Source: an uncultured Spirochaetota bacterium
GTDB taxonomy: Bacteria; Spirochaetota; Spirochaetia; SZUA-6; Fen-1364
Reading direction: 5' to 3'
Assembly: GCA_963845535.1 (NCBI GenBank)
Contig: CAWJSK010000004.1
Location: 128,001 to 192,000, forward strand
DNA length: 64,000 bases
The notes beneath the pieces are model-generated. The model was not told where the DNA came from. It worked only from the letters and a program-made list of their open reading frames with translations, and ran no database searches. Positions 19,297 to 30,060 of this stretch are shown here, piece after piece. Positions within the stretch are counted from its first letter, which is position 1. Each line of letters starts with the position of its first letter. The position numbers were made by a program, and so were the translations under genes.

Positions 19297-20823
19297 CTAC
19301 TTGGAGAAGTATGCGTTGGTGAACCGCGTCCGCGGCCAGTCGGAAGTCAGGATGACTCCCTGGAGATCCGCGCTGAGACCGGCCACCGCCTTCTCGAAGT
19401 ACGGAACGATGATGGGCCCGCGGTCGATGAGGATCTGCTGCGCCTGCTTGTACAGCGCGACGCGTTTTGCCTTGTCCATCTCCCTGTCGACCTTGCGCGT
19501 GATCTCGTCGAACTGCGCGTCCGACCAGTGGCTTTCATTCCACTGAGCGTCGCTTGTGTAGGCGAGCTTGAAGTAGGTGACCGGTGTGGCCCGGGAGCCC
19601 CAGTCCGTGATCCCGAAATCGGCCACCAGCCAGCTCTGATCCCCGTTGCCGTAGTACACATCCGATGGGACGATCTGGATGTCCACCTGGACGCCGATCT
19701 TCGCCATCTGCTCCTTCCACACGGTCGCAATGGGGACGACGTCGAGCTGGTTCTGCGTGGCGAGCGTGATCTTCAAGCCGTTGGGGTAGCCGGCTTCCGC
19801 AAGGAGCTTCTTCGCCCTGGCAATGTCAGGCTTCGGCGCCTTGTCCAGGTAGTAGTCGGCAAACGCCGGGCCAACGGGAGTGAAGCCGTTGCCGATAGAG
19901 GCGAGGCCGGGCCGGACCTGATCCACGATCCCCTGGTGATCCGTGCCGAGCTTCAGCGCAAGACGGACCCTCGGATCAGAGGCGACGTGGCCCTTATCCG
20001 AGCGCATGTGCAGCACCCAGTGCATGTTCGACGTGTTCGTGATGACCTTTGTCTGCGGGTCTTTCTTGACGGCGTCCGCAAGCTGCGCGCTGAGGCCGGC
20101 AACGTAGTTGAGCTGCCCGCCGCGAAGAGCTTCCACCTGCCCGCCCTGATCGGGAGAAAAAATGATGTCGATCTCATCCAGGTACGGAAGCGGCTGGCCG
20201 CTTGCGTCCTTCTGGCTGAAGTACGGGTTCTTCTTCAGCACGATGCGGTCTTCGGGCGCATAGGAGTCGATCATGAAGGCGCCGCTTCCGATCCTCTCCT
20301 TGCCCGGATCCTTGCTGGATGCCGGGATGATGCACGCGTGGTATTCGCCTACGTCGCTTGCAAACTCGGGATTCGTGTCCGAAAGCGTGAACTGGACGCG
20401 CGTGGCATCCAGCGCCTTGATATCCTGGATTTCCTTGAACAGGCTGGCTGCCGGGCTTCCCACCTTCGGGTCACGAAGCCTGTTGAAGCTGGCTACCACG
20501 TCATCCACCGTGACAGGCTGGCCATTGTTGAACTTCGCGTCCGAACGGATGGTGAACACCCAGACTTTGCCGTCCGCGGATTGCCATTTCGTGGCCAGGT
20601 CAGGAACGGCGCGGTTGGCAGCGTCGATGTAGGTGAGATGCTGGTAGACCTGCTCCAGCAGCGTGATGTCAGCAATGGAGGTGGCAAAGTGAGGGTCGAG
20701 GTTGCTGACAGGCTGGCTGCCGATCTTCAACACGCCGCCAGGGGTCGGAGCCGCCTGCGCCAGGACGGCGGCTGCCACGAACACCGCAATGGCGAGGAGC
20801 CTCATGGAAAACCTGTAGGTCAT
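19297..20823 (-). CDS. ABC substrate-binding protein, family 5 (DppA/OppA-like)
   Basis: ATG at 20823 after AGGAGGTG; signal peptide; LDPH, PDLATKW, F..GQPVTVDDVVASFNRL, AKKLLAEAGYPNG. Confidence 0.9.
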   Translation of the reverse strand: MTYRFSMRLLAIAVFVAAAVLAQAAPTPGGVLKIGSQPVSNLDPHFATSIADITLLEQVYQHLTYIDAANRAVPDLATKWQSADGKVWVFTIRSDAKFNNGQPVTVDDVVASFNRLRDPKVGSPAASLFKEIQDIKALDATRVQFTLSDTNPEFASDVGEYHACIIPASSKDPGKERIGSGAFMIDSYAPEDRIVLKKNPYFSQKDASGQPLPYLDEIDIIFSPDQGGQVEALRGGQLNYVAGLSAQLADAVKKDPQTKVITNTSNMHWVLHMRSDKGHVASDPRVRLALKLGTDHQGIVDQVRPGLASIGNGFTPVGPAFADYYLDKAPKPDIARAKKLLAEAGYPNGLKITLATQNQLDVVPIATVWKEQMAKIGVQVDIQIVPSDVYYGNGDQSWLVADFGITDWGSRATPVTYFKLAYTSDAQWNESHWSDAQFDEITRKVDREMDKAKRVALYKQAQQILIDRGPIIVPYFEKAVAGLSADLQGVILTSDWPRTRFTNAYFSK

Positions 20824-20877
20824 CGGGAGCACCTCCTTAGATGCACCACAGTACTAGGGAAAAGCGTCTGAGCGCAA

Positions 20878-20978
20878 GTGCAAAACCGCGCAAAGCCGCT
20901 CTCGTGCAAAACCGCTCTTGGGACCGATGGGCCGTTTGGTTCCCGCCGGCCGGTTTTCATGGTGTCGGTTTTCATGGT
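20878..20978. repeat. Paired direct repeats in a divergent promoter region
   Basis: gtgcaaaaccgc at 20878 and 20904, with gcaaagccgc between them; cggttttcatggt at 20951 and 20966. Confidence 0.7.
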
Positions 20979-21005
20979 TGCGCCCGACGCCATCCGGGGG
21001 TTACC

Positions 21006-23178
21006 ATGGAAGCTCCCATGTCAGATTCTTCTCAACCACCCGGGCGCGTGATCGAGGGCAACTGCGGCATCTGTCCTTCCGGTTGCTCCGTCAAGATCAC
21101 GCTCCAGGGGGACCGCATCACGCGAGTCGTCCCTGATCCCCGACGCCCCAACGGCATGTGCTGTCGGCGCGTCAGCCGGGCGGCGGAGATCCTGTATTCC
21201 CCGGACCGCCTCACATTTCCGCTTGCACGAGAGGGAAAGCGAGGGGAGAACCGGTTCCGCAGGGTGAGTTGGGACGAAGCCCTGGACATCACTGCCACCC
21301 GGCTCCGCGAGATAAAGTCGCGCTTCGGCCCTGAGGCGCTTTGCCTGTACACGGGCCGCGGTACTTTCGAACGGTCCTTGTGGGAAATGCTGGCACCTGC
21401 CGGCGTGCGGGAGACGTGCGCCTGGAGTCTTCTGTTTCCGTTCGGGTCCCCCAACACCACAGGAGCCGGATCCAACTGCTACGTGAGCCAGGCGGTGATC
21501 GCTCCCGCCACCACGTATGGGCTCTGGTGGGCCGACACGACCCCGGACCTGGAAAGGTCGAACCTCATCGTGGTCTGGGGAACGAACCCCGCAAACGCCT
21601 CGCCGCCCGAAGTGATGGAACGCATCCTGAAGGCGCGCAAACGCGGAACGAAAGTGGTCGTGATCGACCATCGTCGGACTGAAACCGCTGCGCGGACCGA
21701 CGCTCAGTGGATCCCTATTCGGCCCGGAACGGATGGCGCGCTTGCCCTGGCAATGCTCAACGTCATCGTGACGGAAAAGCTGTACGACGAGCGGTTTGTG
21801 GCGGACTGGACAACGGGCTTCGAGGACCTGCAGGCCTATCTGCGGCAGTATTCGCCGCGGAACGCGTCAGAGATCACCGGGGTGCCGCCCGAGGTGACGG
21901 CCACCCTCGCGCGGGAGCTTGCCCAGGCCGGGGGGGCAGCGTTTCTCGGCTACTCCGGCCTGGAATATACGACCAGCGCGGTACAGAACATCCGCGCCAT
22001 CCTGATCCTCTGGGCGCTCACGGGAAACATCGACGTGCCCGGTGGCATCCTCTTCAAGGAGCCGGGGGACGGGTTCACGGTGAGCGCGCGTCATCGTCTG
22101 GACCCGCGCCGGTCCCGCGCCGGTGGGCGCCAGCACCTACCCCTTGTACCATCATTTCCGAAGAGAGGCGCAAGCCATGGAGCTTCCCATGGCCATCCTC
22201 GAAAGCCGGCCTTACCCCGTACGGGGCATGCTCGTCTTCGGCGCCTCCATCATCACGGGCTACCCGGACCCGAACCTGTGGAGACGCAGTTTCTCGGCGC
22301 TCGATTTCCTCCTTGTCGCGGACCGCTACCCCACGGAGGACTCGCGCTACGCGGACATCATCCTCCCGGCGGCAACCTCCTTCGAATACGACTCTTACCT
22401 CGTCTCGGGGAACACGGTGCAGTTGCGGCGAAAAGTCGTAGAGCCGGTGGGGGGGTCCCGAAGCGATTGGGACATTGTGGTGGGAATTGCGGATAAGCTG
22501 GGCTACGGCCATCTCTTCCCTGGCTCGTCGCAGGAAATGTTGAGCTGGGCATTCGAGGACACCGGAGTCGATCTGAAAGAGCTTGAAGCAAACCCCGACG
22601 GCGTGCCCATTCCGGCCAAGCCCACGCGGTATCGCAAGTGGGAGACCGGGCTGCTGAGGAATGACGGGAAGCCCGGGTTTCCAACTCCTTCAGCAAAGCT
22701 GGAGATTGCCTCCACCCTCCTGAAAAGCTACGGCTACGAGCCCCTGCCCATGTTCGTGCCGCCCGTGGAGGGACCGGCGGAGAGTCCCGAGGTTGCCCGC
22801 CGGTTTCCCCTTGTTTTCAATTCCGGATCACGGGCAAAGAGCTTCATCTGCTCACAGCACAGGAACATCCCGGCCCTTGCGCGCCAACGGCCGGCGCCGC
22901 TCGTCTGGATCCACCCTCGGGACGCGGCCGCACGCGGCATCAAAAGCGGTGACTCGGTGGATGTCGTGAGCCCGCGCGGCCGCGTACGCTTCGAGGCTTT
23001 TGTAACTGATAACATCAAGGAGGGATCCGTGGAGGCGGACGCGCACGGGGGCAGTCCCACCTCGCGCGGCCTGTGGCGGAGCTGCAACGTGAACGAACTC
23101 ACCGACGCGGACAATCGCGACCCTATTTCCGGGTTTCCCGTCTACAAAGCCCTGCTCTGTGACGTCGTCAAGGCGTAG
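21006..23178 (+). CDS. Cytoplasmic molybdopterin (bis-MGD) oxidoreductase, DMSO-reductase superfamily; apparent +1 frameshift near 22108
   Basis: CGICPSGC...C Fe-S motif, SPDRLTFPL, VWGTNP, IRPGTDGALALAM, LTGNIDVPGG; second frame has ADIILPA, FPTPSAKLE, WIHPRDAAARGI. No Tat signal. Confidence 0.9.
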
Positions 23179-23224
23179 CGCGCCTTACGCGGTGCGGCCT
23201 TGCGTGCTTTGGGCGGCGTGCGGC

Positions 23225-24652
23225 TCAGACCCCCAGGATCTGATCGACTTCCTTCTTCAACGGATCCGGCAGCGGCGAGCCGCGGTGGCTGGACATGATT
23301 TCGACCGTCTTCTCCCGAAGCCGGGCGCGAAGTCCCTTGGAGCCTGACGCCTGCCAGCCGTCGAAGCGCTGACGGTCAAAAAGCTGCGGCTGCCACATCT
23401 CGCGGAAGTGCCGCACGGTATGGTCCTCACCAAGGAAGTTCCCTCCCGGCCCCACCGCGTGGATGACATCCAGGGCGAGCTCCTCCGCGCCCAGGTCGAA
23501 ACCGTCGATGAAGTGACGCATCATGCCGATCATGTCGGCGGTGAACACCATCATCTCAGGTGACGTGATGAGCCCCGCCTCCAGATAGCCCACATCATGG
23601 ATGAGGTTCGTTCGGCTGAGAAGCGCGGTTTGGACCGAAAAGACGGCGTCCGCGGCCGCCTGCTCGTCGAACAGGATGCTGTCGGAATGGCCGGCATATC
23701 CCCAGGTAGGGAGGCCATAGTACCTCCCCATGCACGCCACCGCCGCGCGCGCCAGCTGGAACTCCGGGGCGCCGTACACGCTGATGGAGGTCTTCATGTC
23801 CAGGTGGTGGAGACCGCTCCCATAGAGGAAAGGGGCGCCGGGCCGTCTCCTCTGGTGGATGACAATGCTGCTCAGCACCTCGGCGTTCCCGAGGGCCAGG
23901 CCGCCGGCAAGCGTCACCGGCGCGGTGCTGCCCATCATGGGCGCCGGGGAGTGGACAACCGGGAGCCCTTCCTCCGCCATGTAGAGGAGCTTCTCCGTTG
24001 CCGTGTCGCTCTGGGAAAGCGGCGTCGTTGGCTCCGAGTACAAGAGCAGCGTGGGATTGAGCCGAAGCTCTTCCTTTCCGCCCGCCACCAGAGCGGCGGC
24101 GGCCACGATTGCGCGACAATCCGCGGCGTCATTGCAGACGAACACGACCGGTTTCCTGCTCCCCCCGATCAGGGATGCATATTGCCTGCGATACGCGTTG
24201 CCGCGGTAATCACGCGGGATCCCCATGGACATGAGGAAGGAGACCTCGGGAAGCGCATCCGCAAGGCGCACGCACGCCTCGAGGTCTGCCAGCGTGAAAG
24301 GCCGCCGCGTCCCGTCCTTGGGGTCAAGGTAGTTGGGGCAGTCCGAGCCGGGACCAAAGTTGGATTCTCCGGGGCACAACCGCACGCCTGCATTCGAAGT
24401 CCCCCGCTCGCAGAGCGTGATGGTCGAGGGAGCCTGGGAAAGCGCCCACTCGATGACCCCGGGCGGGATGCGCACAAGGTTGCCGTCCGTCACGTGACAT
24501 CCCGCCTCCCGCAGAAGGGAGAGGGCGTCATTGTTGTACACTCGTATCCCTGTTCGTCGGAGGATCTCGAGGGAGGCCTGGTGGACCGTCTCGCACTGTT
24601 CCCGGTCCATGAGCTCCAGGCGTGGAACCGCGCGCGCTGAATTGTTGTTCAT
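23225..24652 (-). CDS. Trimethylamine methyltransferase (MttB) superfamily protein, non-pyrrolysine
   Basis: VHQASLEIL, GSTAPVTLAG, AEVLS...PGAPF, YGLPTWGYAGHSDS, VGPGGNFL; no in-frame TAG. Confidence 0.9.
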   Translation of the reverse strand: MNNNSARAVPRLELMDREQCETVHQASLEILRRTGIRVYNNDALSLLREAGCHVTDGNLVRIPPGVIEWALSQAPSTITLCERGTSNAGVRLCPGESNFGPGSDCPNYLDPKDGTRRPFTLADLEACVRLADALPEVSFLMSMGIPRDYRGNAYRRQYASLIGGSRKPVVFVCNDAADCRAIVAAAALVAGGKEELRLNPTLLLYSEPTTPLSQSDTATEKLLYMAEEGLPVVHSPAPMMGSTAPVTLAGGLALGNAEVLSSIVIHQRRRPGAPFLYGSGLHHLDMKTSISVYGAPEFQLARAAVACMGRYYGLPTWGYAGHSDSILFDEQAAADAVFSVQTALLSRTNLIHDVGYLEAGLITSPEMMVFTADMIGMMRHFIDGFDLGAEELALDVIHAVGPGGNFLGEDHTVRHFREMWQPQLFDRQRFDGWQASGSKGLRARLREKTVEIMSSHRGSPLPDPLKKEVDQILGV

Positions 24653-24764
24653 TGATATCACTCTATAGACGGAGCCGCCGGCCCTGTCAAGGAAACCGGC
24701 CAGGAAACGGCAGGGCCTTGCGGCTTGGCCAGTTCGTTGCTGGCCAAGCCGCCCACCGCGAAAT

Positions 24765-25643
24765 CTAGGCCGTGGCTTCAGCCTTGTCGGCGCGAACCTT
24801 GCCGCCCGCTTTCACGGCGTCCAGGCGGCAGCGCGCGTTGTGCTTGAAAAGCTCATGCAGGAGCCCGGAAAGCTCCGGATCCGACATGCGTTCTTTCTCC
24901 ACGAAATACCGCCCGATGGGTCGCTGGCGCGCGCGCTGGATCCGGAGCACCCGGCGAACGTCCTCAACGGTGATGAGCCGAAGCCGGGATGCAGCCGCCC
25001 CGGTCTGCTCGTGGCGCACCCGAGCCACAAGGACGCGGGTCATGTCGCCCGCGGAGATGAGCTGGAGCTGCCGCGCAATCTCCCCGAACTTCGGCCGGCC
25101 GCTTCGCTGCCACACGAGCGCGCCGATGAGCGACTGCCAGGAGATGGACCCGGAATAGTAGAGAAACTCCGCCAGCCGAAGGCGCCGGCGGGGAAGGGGG
25201 CCGTGATAGAAGATCTCCTTGCCCCGGTCCGCGTGAACGCCGGCTCTGTGGGCGCCGGTGTCATGAGGACGCGGATCCGCCTGGTGCGCGCGGGCGCCGG
25301 CCGTGTAGGAGCGGCCTTCCGGGGGGCGGGGCCGGGCGCTGTGGGGGCGCGCACCGGCATGCGTGAAACCCGAGGGACCCTGGTACGCGCCCTGTCTGCG
25401 CGCCTCCTGGGGCGGTCTGCGCGAAAGGAGGAAGGCCATGAGCAGCTCGTACGCGCGGGAGGCCTGGATGAACTGCGCCCCATCGGTCGATCCGTTCGCG
25501 CTGTCCGGATGTGTGCGCAGGGCAAGCCTGCGGAAAGCGGCCCGCACGGTGGCCACCGTCAACTGGCGCAACAGGGCCTGACCGGCTCGTCGGGCCTGCG
25601 GTCCGAGAAGGACCGCGCATGCATCGAGCAGTTTCGCTTCCAT
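24765..25643 (-). CDS. DnaJ (J-domain) protein
   Basis: VRAAFRRLALRTHPD...FIQASRAYELL, then a low-complexity linker and a helical C-terminal domain. Confidence 0.8.
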   Translation of the reverse strand: MEAKLLDACAVLLGPQARRAGQALLRQLTVATVRAAFRRLALRTHPDSANGSTDGAQFIQASRAYELLMAFLLSRRPPQEARRQGAYQGPSGFTHAGARPHSARPRPPEGRSYTAGARAHQADPRPHDTGAHRAGVHADRGKEIFYHGPLPRRRLRLAEFLYYSGSISWQSLIGALVWQRSGRPKFGEIARQLQLISAGDMTRVLVARVRHEQTGAAASRLRLITVEDVRRVLRIQRARQRPIGRYFVEKERMSDPELSGLLHELFKHNARCRLDAVKAGGKVRADKAEATA

Positions 25644-25727
25644 CTCTACTGTAATGTATCGGTACACCGCGACAGAAGGAAAATCAATTGATGGCGTTTC
25701 CTTTTTCGAAACGCTACACTGCCGATC

Positions 25728-26661
25728 GTGACGGTCTTCGGCGTTCTCCTGACAATCCTGGGTCTTGCTCTCTTTGAAACCATCTCGAGTGTGGACAACG
25801 CCATCATCAACGCCACCGTGCTTTCCGGCATGGCGCAACGCGCCCGCCGCTGGTTCCTGCTATGGGGCGTGATGTTTGCCGTATTCGTCGTCCGAGGTCT
25901 CCTTCCCTGGATCATAGTCTGGTTTGCGCTGCCCGGGATAGGACCCTGGGGTGCGCTCACCGCCGCTTTCTCAAGTGATCCCCGCGTGGTGGAAGCAGTC
26001 GAAGCGTCGGCGCCCCCTTTGCTCCTGGGCGGCGGCGTCTTCCTGGTCCTTCTCTTTCTCCACTGGCTTTTTCTGGAGCCCAAGCGCTACGGCGTGCCGG
26101 GGGAGAGGTTCTTCTTCGAGAAAGGCTTCTGGTTCTACGCGGTTGCGTCCATCCTCCTTGCCGCAACGGTCTGGTTTGCCCTGCCCCGCGGCGACATGCT
26201 GGCTTTTGCCGCGGTGTTCGGCTCGACGCTTTTCTTCATAACGCACGGATTCAAGGAGAACGCAGAGCGCAAAGAGCGGCAGCTTGCCGGAAGCCCGATC
26301 TCCGACATCGCCAAGGTCCTGTACTCTGGAGATCATCGATATGACGTTCTCCATCGACGGCGTGCTCGGAGCGTTCGCCTTCACTCTGTCGGTGCCGCTC
26401 ATCGTTGCGGGAAACGGGCTGGGGGCGGTGATCGTGCGGCAGCTCACGGCAGGGAACGTGGAACGGATCAAGAGATACCGCTACCTGAAGAATGGCGCCA
26501 TGTACTCGATCCTGTTCCTGGGGGCCTTCATGGTCTCTGACGGGTTTGGCGCGCGCATTCCGCAGTGGATCTCCCCGCTCGTGACGTTCGCCGTAGTTGG
26601 ATTCTTCTTTGCACGGTCCCTGCGGACCGGGAAGTCATCCCGAAGCCTGAGGCAGCCGTGA
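25728..26661 (+). CDS. DUF475/TerC-like integral membrane protein; apparent +1 frameshift near 26324
   Basis: FETISSVDNAIINA in frame 1; LEIIDMTFSIDGVLGAFA and YLKNGAMYSI in frame 2. Confidence 0.85.
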
Positions 26662-26922
26662 GCCCTCGTATTCGAGCTTGAGAACGAGGTGGTCGAGCTT
26701 GTCCAGCTTCACGGTCTTCGCCTTGGTGCGGATGCTTTCCAGGGTGGGCAGGACCGTCTCCGTATACCTTCGTACGGCTTCTCGGGCCTTCTCCACAACG
26801 CGTTCCCCGTTGGCCTCGTTCACGTAGTTGATGATCAGCTTCTTGCTCGTCGTGGTGAGCTCGGACTTGTTCAAGTACTCGATGACGGCGAACACGGCAA
26901 GGAGAAAGCTCATTTCGCTCAT
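26635..26922 (-). CDS. Hypothetical protein (95 aa)
   Basis: ATG start with upstream purine-rich RBS; codon usage fits the genome. Confidence 0.7.
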   Translation of the reverse strand: MSEMSFLLAVFAVIEYLNKSELTTTSKKLIINYVNEANGERVVEKAREAVRRYTETVLPTLESIRTKAKTVKLDKLDHLVLKLEYEGSRLPQASG

Positions 26923-27039
26923 GGGAGTCCGCCTTTCCGTCCCGGGTCCCTCATCCTAAGCTCGCTCACCACGGGCTGTCAACAAACGCGCCGGGGCTTC
27001 ACGCCGAACGCCGCGCCGGGCGGTAAGGGTTTTTCTTGC

Positions 27040-27068
27040 TTGACTTGGCAGACCGGATCGAGTATGCT
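27040..27068 (+). promoter_or_regulatory. Sigma-70 promoter upstream of the RRM gene
   Basis: TTGACT-N17-TATGCT. Confidence 0.7.
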
Positions 27069-27435
27069 GGTCAACGTATTCCGGTCGCTCGTGGGTGAGG
27101 TTTCGTTGAAACAGGACTGACATGCGGAGGAATACCGCGTTCTTGAGGACAGGCGCGCGCAGGAATGACAGGGCACAGGCCGGACCGCAACGTGCGCCGC
27201 GTGTGCCGCCCAGGGGTGGATCCGGAAGAAGCTCGAGTGATCGAATTACTTCCTCATAGAGAATTCATTGAACACCGAATCAATCCTTTCTCCCCCGTTT
27301 CAAAGACCCGTGAAAGTCATGCAGCGCGTCCCGTATCACCAGGACTAGTAGGAGCGTATTGAGCTTGTCGTTGGCAGGCTCCGGGGCATTGGAACGGCGG
27401 GAGAGAAAGCCCGCCGCAGGAAAAGGGGGTTCGAC

Positions 27436-27744
27436 ATGGCAAAAAAGATCTATGTCGGCAACATGAACTATAACACCAGCGAAGATACGCTGCGGCAGCT
27501 CTTCGCCCAGTACGGTGAGGTCGTGTCTGTCAACGTGATCACGGACAGGTACACGGGGCGCGCCAAGGGCTTCGGCTTCGTGGAGATGGCGTCAGAGGAT
27601 GCCGCTCGGTCCGCCATGACGGCGTTGAACGGCAAGGAAGTGGATGGCCGCCAGCTGAAGGTCAACGAGGCCAACGACAAGCCCCGTGACAACAACAGGA
27701 GCGGTGGCGGAGGAGGCGGAGGAAGCCGCAGCCGCTACTACTAG
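27436..27744 (+). CDS. Single-RRM RNA-binding protein with glycine-rich tail
   Basis: RNP2 IYVGNM, RNP1 KGFGFVEM, GRQLKVNEA, poly-Gly tail. Confidence 0.95.
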   Translation: MAKKIYVGNMNYNTSEDTLRQLFAQYGEVVSVNVITDRYTGRAKGFGFVEMASEDAARSAMTALNGKEVDGRQLKVNEANDKPRDNNRSGGGGGGGSRSRYY

Positions 27745-27752
27745 GCGATCTC

Positions 27753-27791
27753 GGAGATACCGCCGGGAATACCCTCGGCGGGATCTCCTTC
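27753..27791 (+). terminator. Hairpin after the RRM gene (terminator or stability element)
   Basis: ggagat-a-ccgccggg...ctcggcgg-g-atctcc stem; weak U tract. Confidence 0.45.
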
Positions 27792-27869
27792 GTTGCTCGG
27801 CCTCTTGCAGAGAATCATTCCTCTGTGCCCTGCCTCCCGCGCGGTACGGCACGGAGAAGGGAGGACCAC

Positions 27870-28121
27870 GTGGGAAGATCGCCATACCAGAGTGAAAAAC
27901 GCCGTAAAGAGCTTGCCCGCCTGAAGAAGCAGGAAGAAAAAAGGCAGCGTCGCTTCAACAAAAAGAACGAAGGTGAGAAAGGCCCCGAAGACCAGGAAGG
28001 AACCGTTCCCGAGGGGTCGAACCCCGCTGAGCCGACCTCTGAGCAGGCCGCGCCTGCACCTCAGGACAACCCGCAGACGCAGCCGCCCCCCGGCGGTGAA
28101 GAGTCTGGGCAGACTTCCTGA
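27870..28121 (+). CDS. Small protein with basic N-terminus and acidic/Pro-rich tail
   Basis: GTG after GGGAGG; GRSPYQSEKRRKELARLKKQEEKRQRR. Confidence 0.7.
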   Translation: MGRSPYQSEKRRKELARLKKQEEKRQRRFNKKNEGEKGPEDQEGTVPEGSNPAEPTSEQAAPAPQDNPQTQPPPGGEESGQTS

Positions 28122-28164
28122 GCGCGTGGAGGCGGCAGCGCGGCTGCGCCTCCGTTTTTCTCCC

Positions 28165-29922
28165 TCACGCCTGTGAGGAGCGCTTCTCAATCCTTGCCCA
28201 TGTGTCTTTCAAGGAAACGGTCCGATTGAAAATGAGCTTTTCTCCGCTCGTGTCCGGATCCACGCAGAAATAGCCAAGCCTTTCGAATTGGAACCTGTCT
28301 CCCGGCCGCGCGCCGCCCAACCCTGGTTCCACGCGGATCCCGGGGACATCTTCAAGGGACGCCGGGTTGATCGTTTCCTTCCAATCCATGCCGGCCGGCA
28401 CCGCCTGCGGAAACTCGGCAAGGAAAAGATGGTCGTAGAGCCTGGCCTCCGCGGTCAGCGCGTGCGCCGCTGAAACCCAATGAATGGTGGCTTTCACCCT
28501 TCGATTGTCAGGCGCGTTGCCGCCCCGCGTCGAAGGGTCATAGGTGCACCTGACCTCCTCCACGGCTCCCGTGGTCGGGTTCTTCTTCACTCCGGTGCAC
28601 GTCACGATGTATCCGTAGCGCAGCCGAACCTGCTGTCCGGGGGAAAGCCGGTAGTATTTGGGGGGCGGCACTTCCCGAAAGTCATCCTGCTCTATGAACA
28701 ACTCGCCGGAGAACGGCACGGTGCGCGTCCCGGCCGCGGGATCCTCGGGGTTGTTCACCGCTTCAAGCTGCTCGATCTTTCCTTCCGGCCAGTTCTCGAT
28801 CACGAGCTTCAAGGGCCTGAGCACGGCCATGGCGCGCGTGCACCTCCTGTTCAGGTCTTCGCGAAGGCAGTGCTCCAGCAGCGCGATGTCCACCGTGCTG
28901 TCCGCCTTGGAGACGCCGATGCGCGAGGCGAAGTCCCGAAGCGCCTCCGGGGTATAGCCCCGTCTTCGCAGGCCGACAATGGTGGGCATGCGCGGATCAT
29001 CCCAGCCGCTGACGCGCTCTTCCTTCACGAGCTCGAGCAACCATCGTTTGCTGAGCACCGTGTGCGTGAGGTTCAGCCGGGCGAACTCGATCTCCCGGCT
29101 GTGGAACACGCCAAGCTGCTCCAGGAACCAGTCATACAGGGGCCTGTGGATTTCGTACTCGAGGCTGCACAGGGAATGCGTCACGCCCTCGATGGAGTCA
29201 GAGAGGGGATGCTGGAAGTCGTACATGGGGTAGATACACCACGCGTCCCCCGTCCTGTGGTGCGAGGCATGGCGGATGCGGTACATGACCGGGTCGCGCA
29301 TGTGCAGGTTGGGATGAGCCATGTCGATCTTGGCCCGCAGCGTCCGCGCGCCGTCCGGGAACTCACCGGCCTTCATGCGGCGGAAGAGATCAAGGCTTTC
29401 CTGCGGCGCGCGAACTCGAAACGGGCTGTCACGGCCGGGAGGTGTGACAGTGATCGGCCCCTTGTCCCCGACGTCCGTGCCCCGATATTCACGGATGGCT
29501 TTCTCGTCCAGGTCATCCACGTACGCCTTGCCGGCCTGGATGAGCTGCTCGGCCCACTGGTAGAGCTGCTCGAAATAATCGGAGGCGTAGAACTCCCGGT
29601 CCTCCCAATCGAATCCCATCCAATTCACGTCCCGCTTGATTGCGTCGACGTACTCCTGCTCTTCCTTGGTGGGGTTGGTGTCATCGAAGCGCAGGTTGCA
29701 CTTACCGCCGAACTGCTCGGCAATGCCGAAGGAGATGCACATGGCCTTGGCATGGCCGATGTGGAGGTAGCCGTTGGGCTCCGGTGGGAACCTCGTCTGC
29801 ACGCTGGTGAATCGCCCGCTCTTCAGGTCTTCCTCGACGAAGTCCCGAATGAAGTCCGAGGGCGACGGTCCTGGCGCAGAGCCTCGGGCGGAGGCAGGAA
29901 CGGGGGCTGACGGGTCTGGCAT
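28165..29922 (-). CDS. glnS: Glutamine--tRNA ligase
   Basis: [55 protein letters not shown]. Confidence 0.97.
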   Translation of the reverse strand: MPDPSAPVPASARGSAPGPSPSDFIRDFVEEDLKSGRFTSVQTRFPPEPNGYLHIGHAKAMCISFGIAEQFGGKCNLRFDDTNPTKEEQEYVDAIKRDVNWMGFDWEDREFYASDYFEQLYQWAEQLIQAGKAYVDDLDEKAIREYRGTDVGDKGPITVTPPGRDSPFRVRAPQESLDLFRRMKAGEFPDGARTLRAKIDMAHPNLHMRDPVMYRIRHASHHRTGDAWCIYPMYDFQHPLSDSIEGVTHSLCSLEYEIHRPLYDWFLEQLGVFHSREIEFARLNLTHTVLSKRWLLELVKEERVSGWDDPRMPTIVGLRRRGYTPEALRDFASRIGVSKADSTVDIALLEHCLREDLNRRCTRAMAVLRPLKLVIENWPEGKIEQLEAVNNPEDPAAGTRTVPFSGELFIEQDDFREVPPPKYYRLSPGQQVRLRYGYIVTCTGVKKNPTTGAVEEVRCTYDPSTRGGNAPDNRRVKATIHWVSAAHALTAEARLYDHLFLAEFPQAVPAGMDWKETINPASLEDVPGIRVEPGLGGARPGDRFQFERLGYFCVDPDTSGEKLIFNRTVSLKDTWARIEKRSSQA

Positions 29923-30060
29923 GGAGTGCTCCTTCCGCCGCGCTTCAGGGGCGCGGTTTCAATACTGATAGCGGCGCTGCCGGAAGGTGTCAAGTGCCGG
30001 CGGCCTCTGCGGCGCGCTGGCGAGGGGCGGTCCCCGGGGCCCGGCGAACGCGCGTCAGCC

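Noticed and set aside
17650..20871. 1073-aa + strand ORF, and other long antisense ORFs (7925-9424, 28480-29910, 44232-45647)
   Set aside because: These are shadows of well-supported genes on the opposite strand in high-GC DNA and have no recognisable motifs.
23225..24652. Possible pyrrolysine-containing trimethylamine methyltransferase
   Set aside because: No in-frame TAG and no pyl genes in the window.
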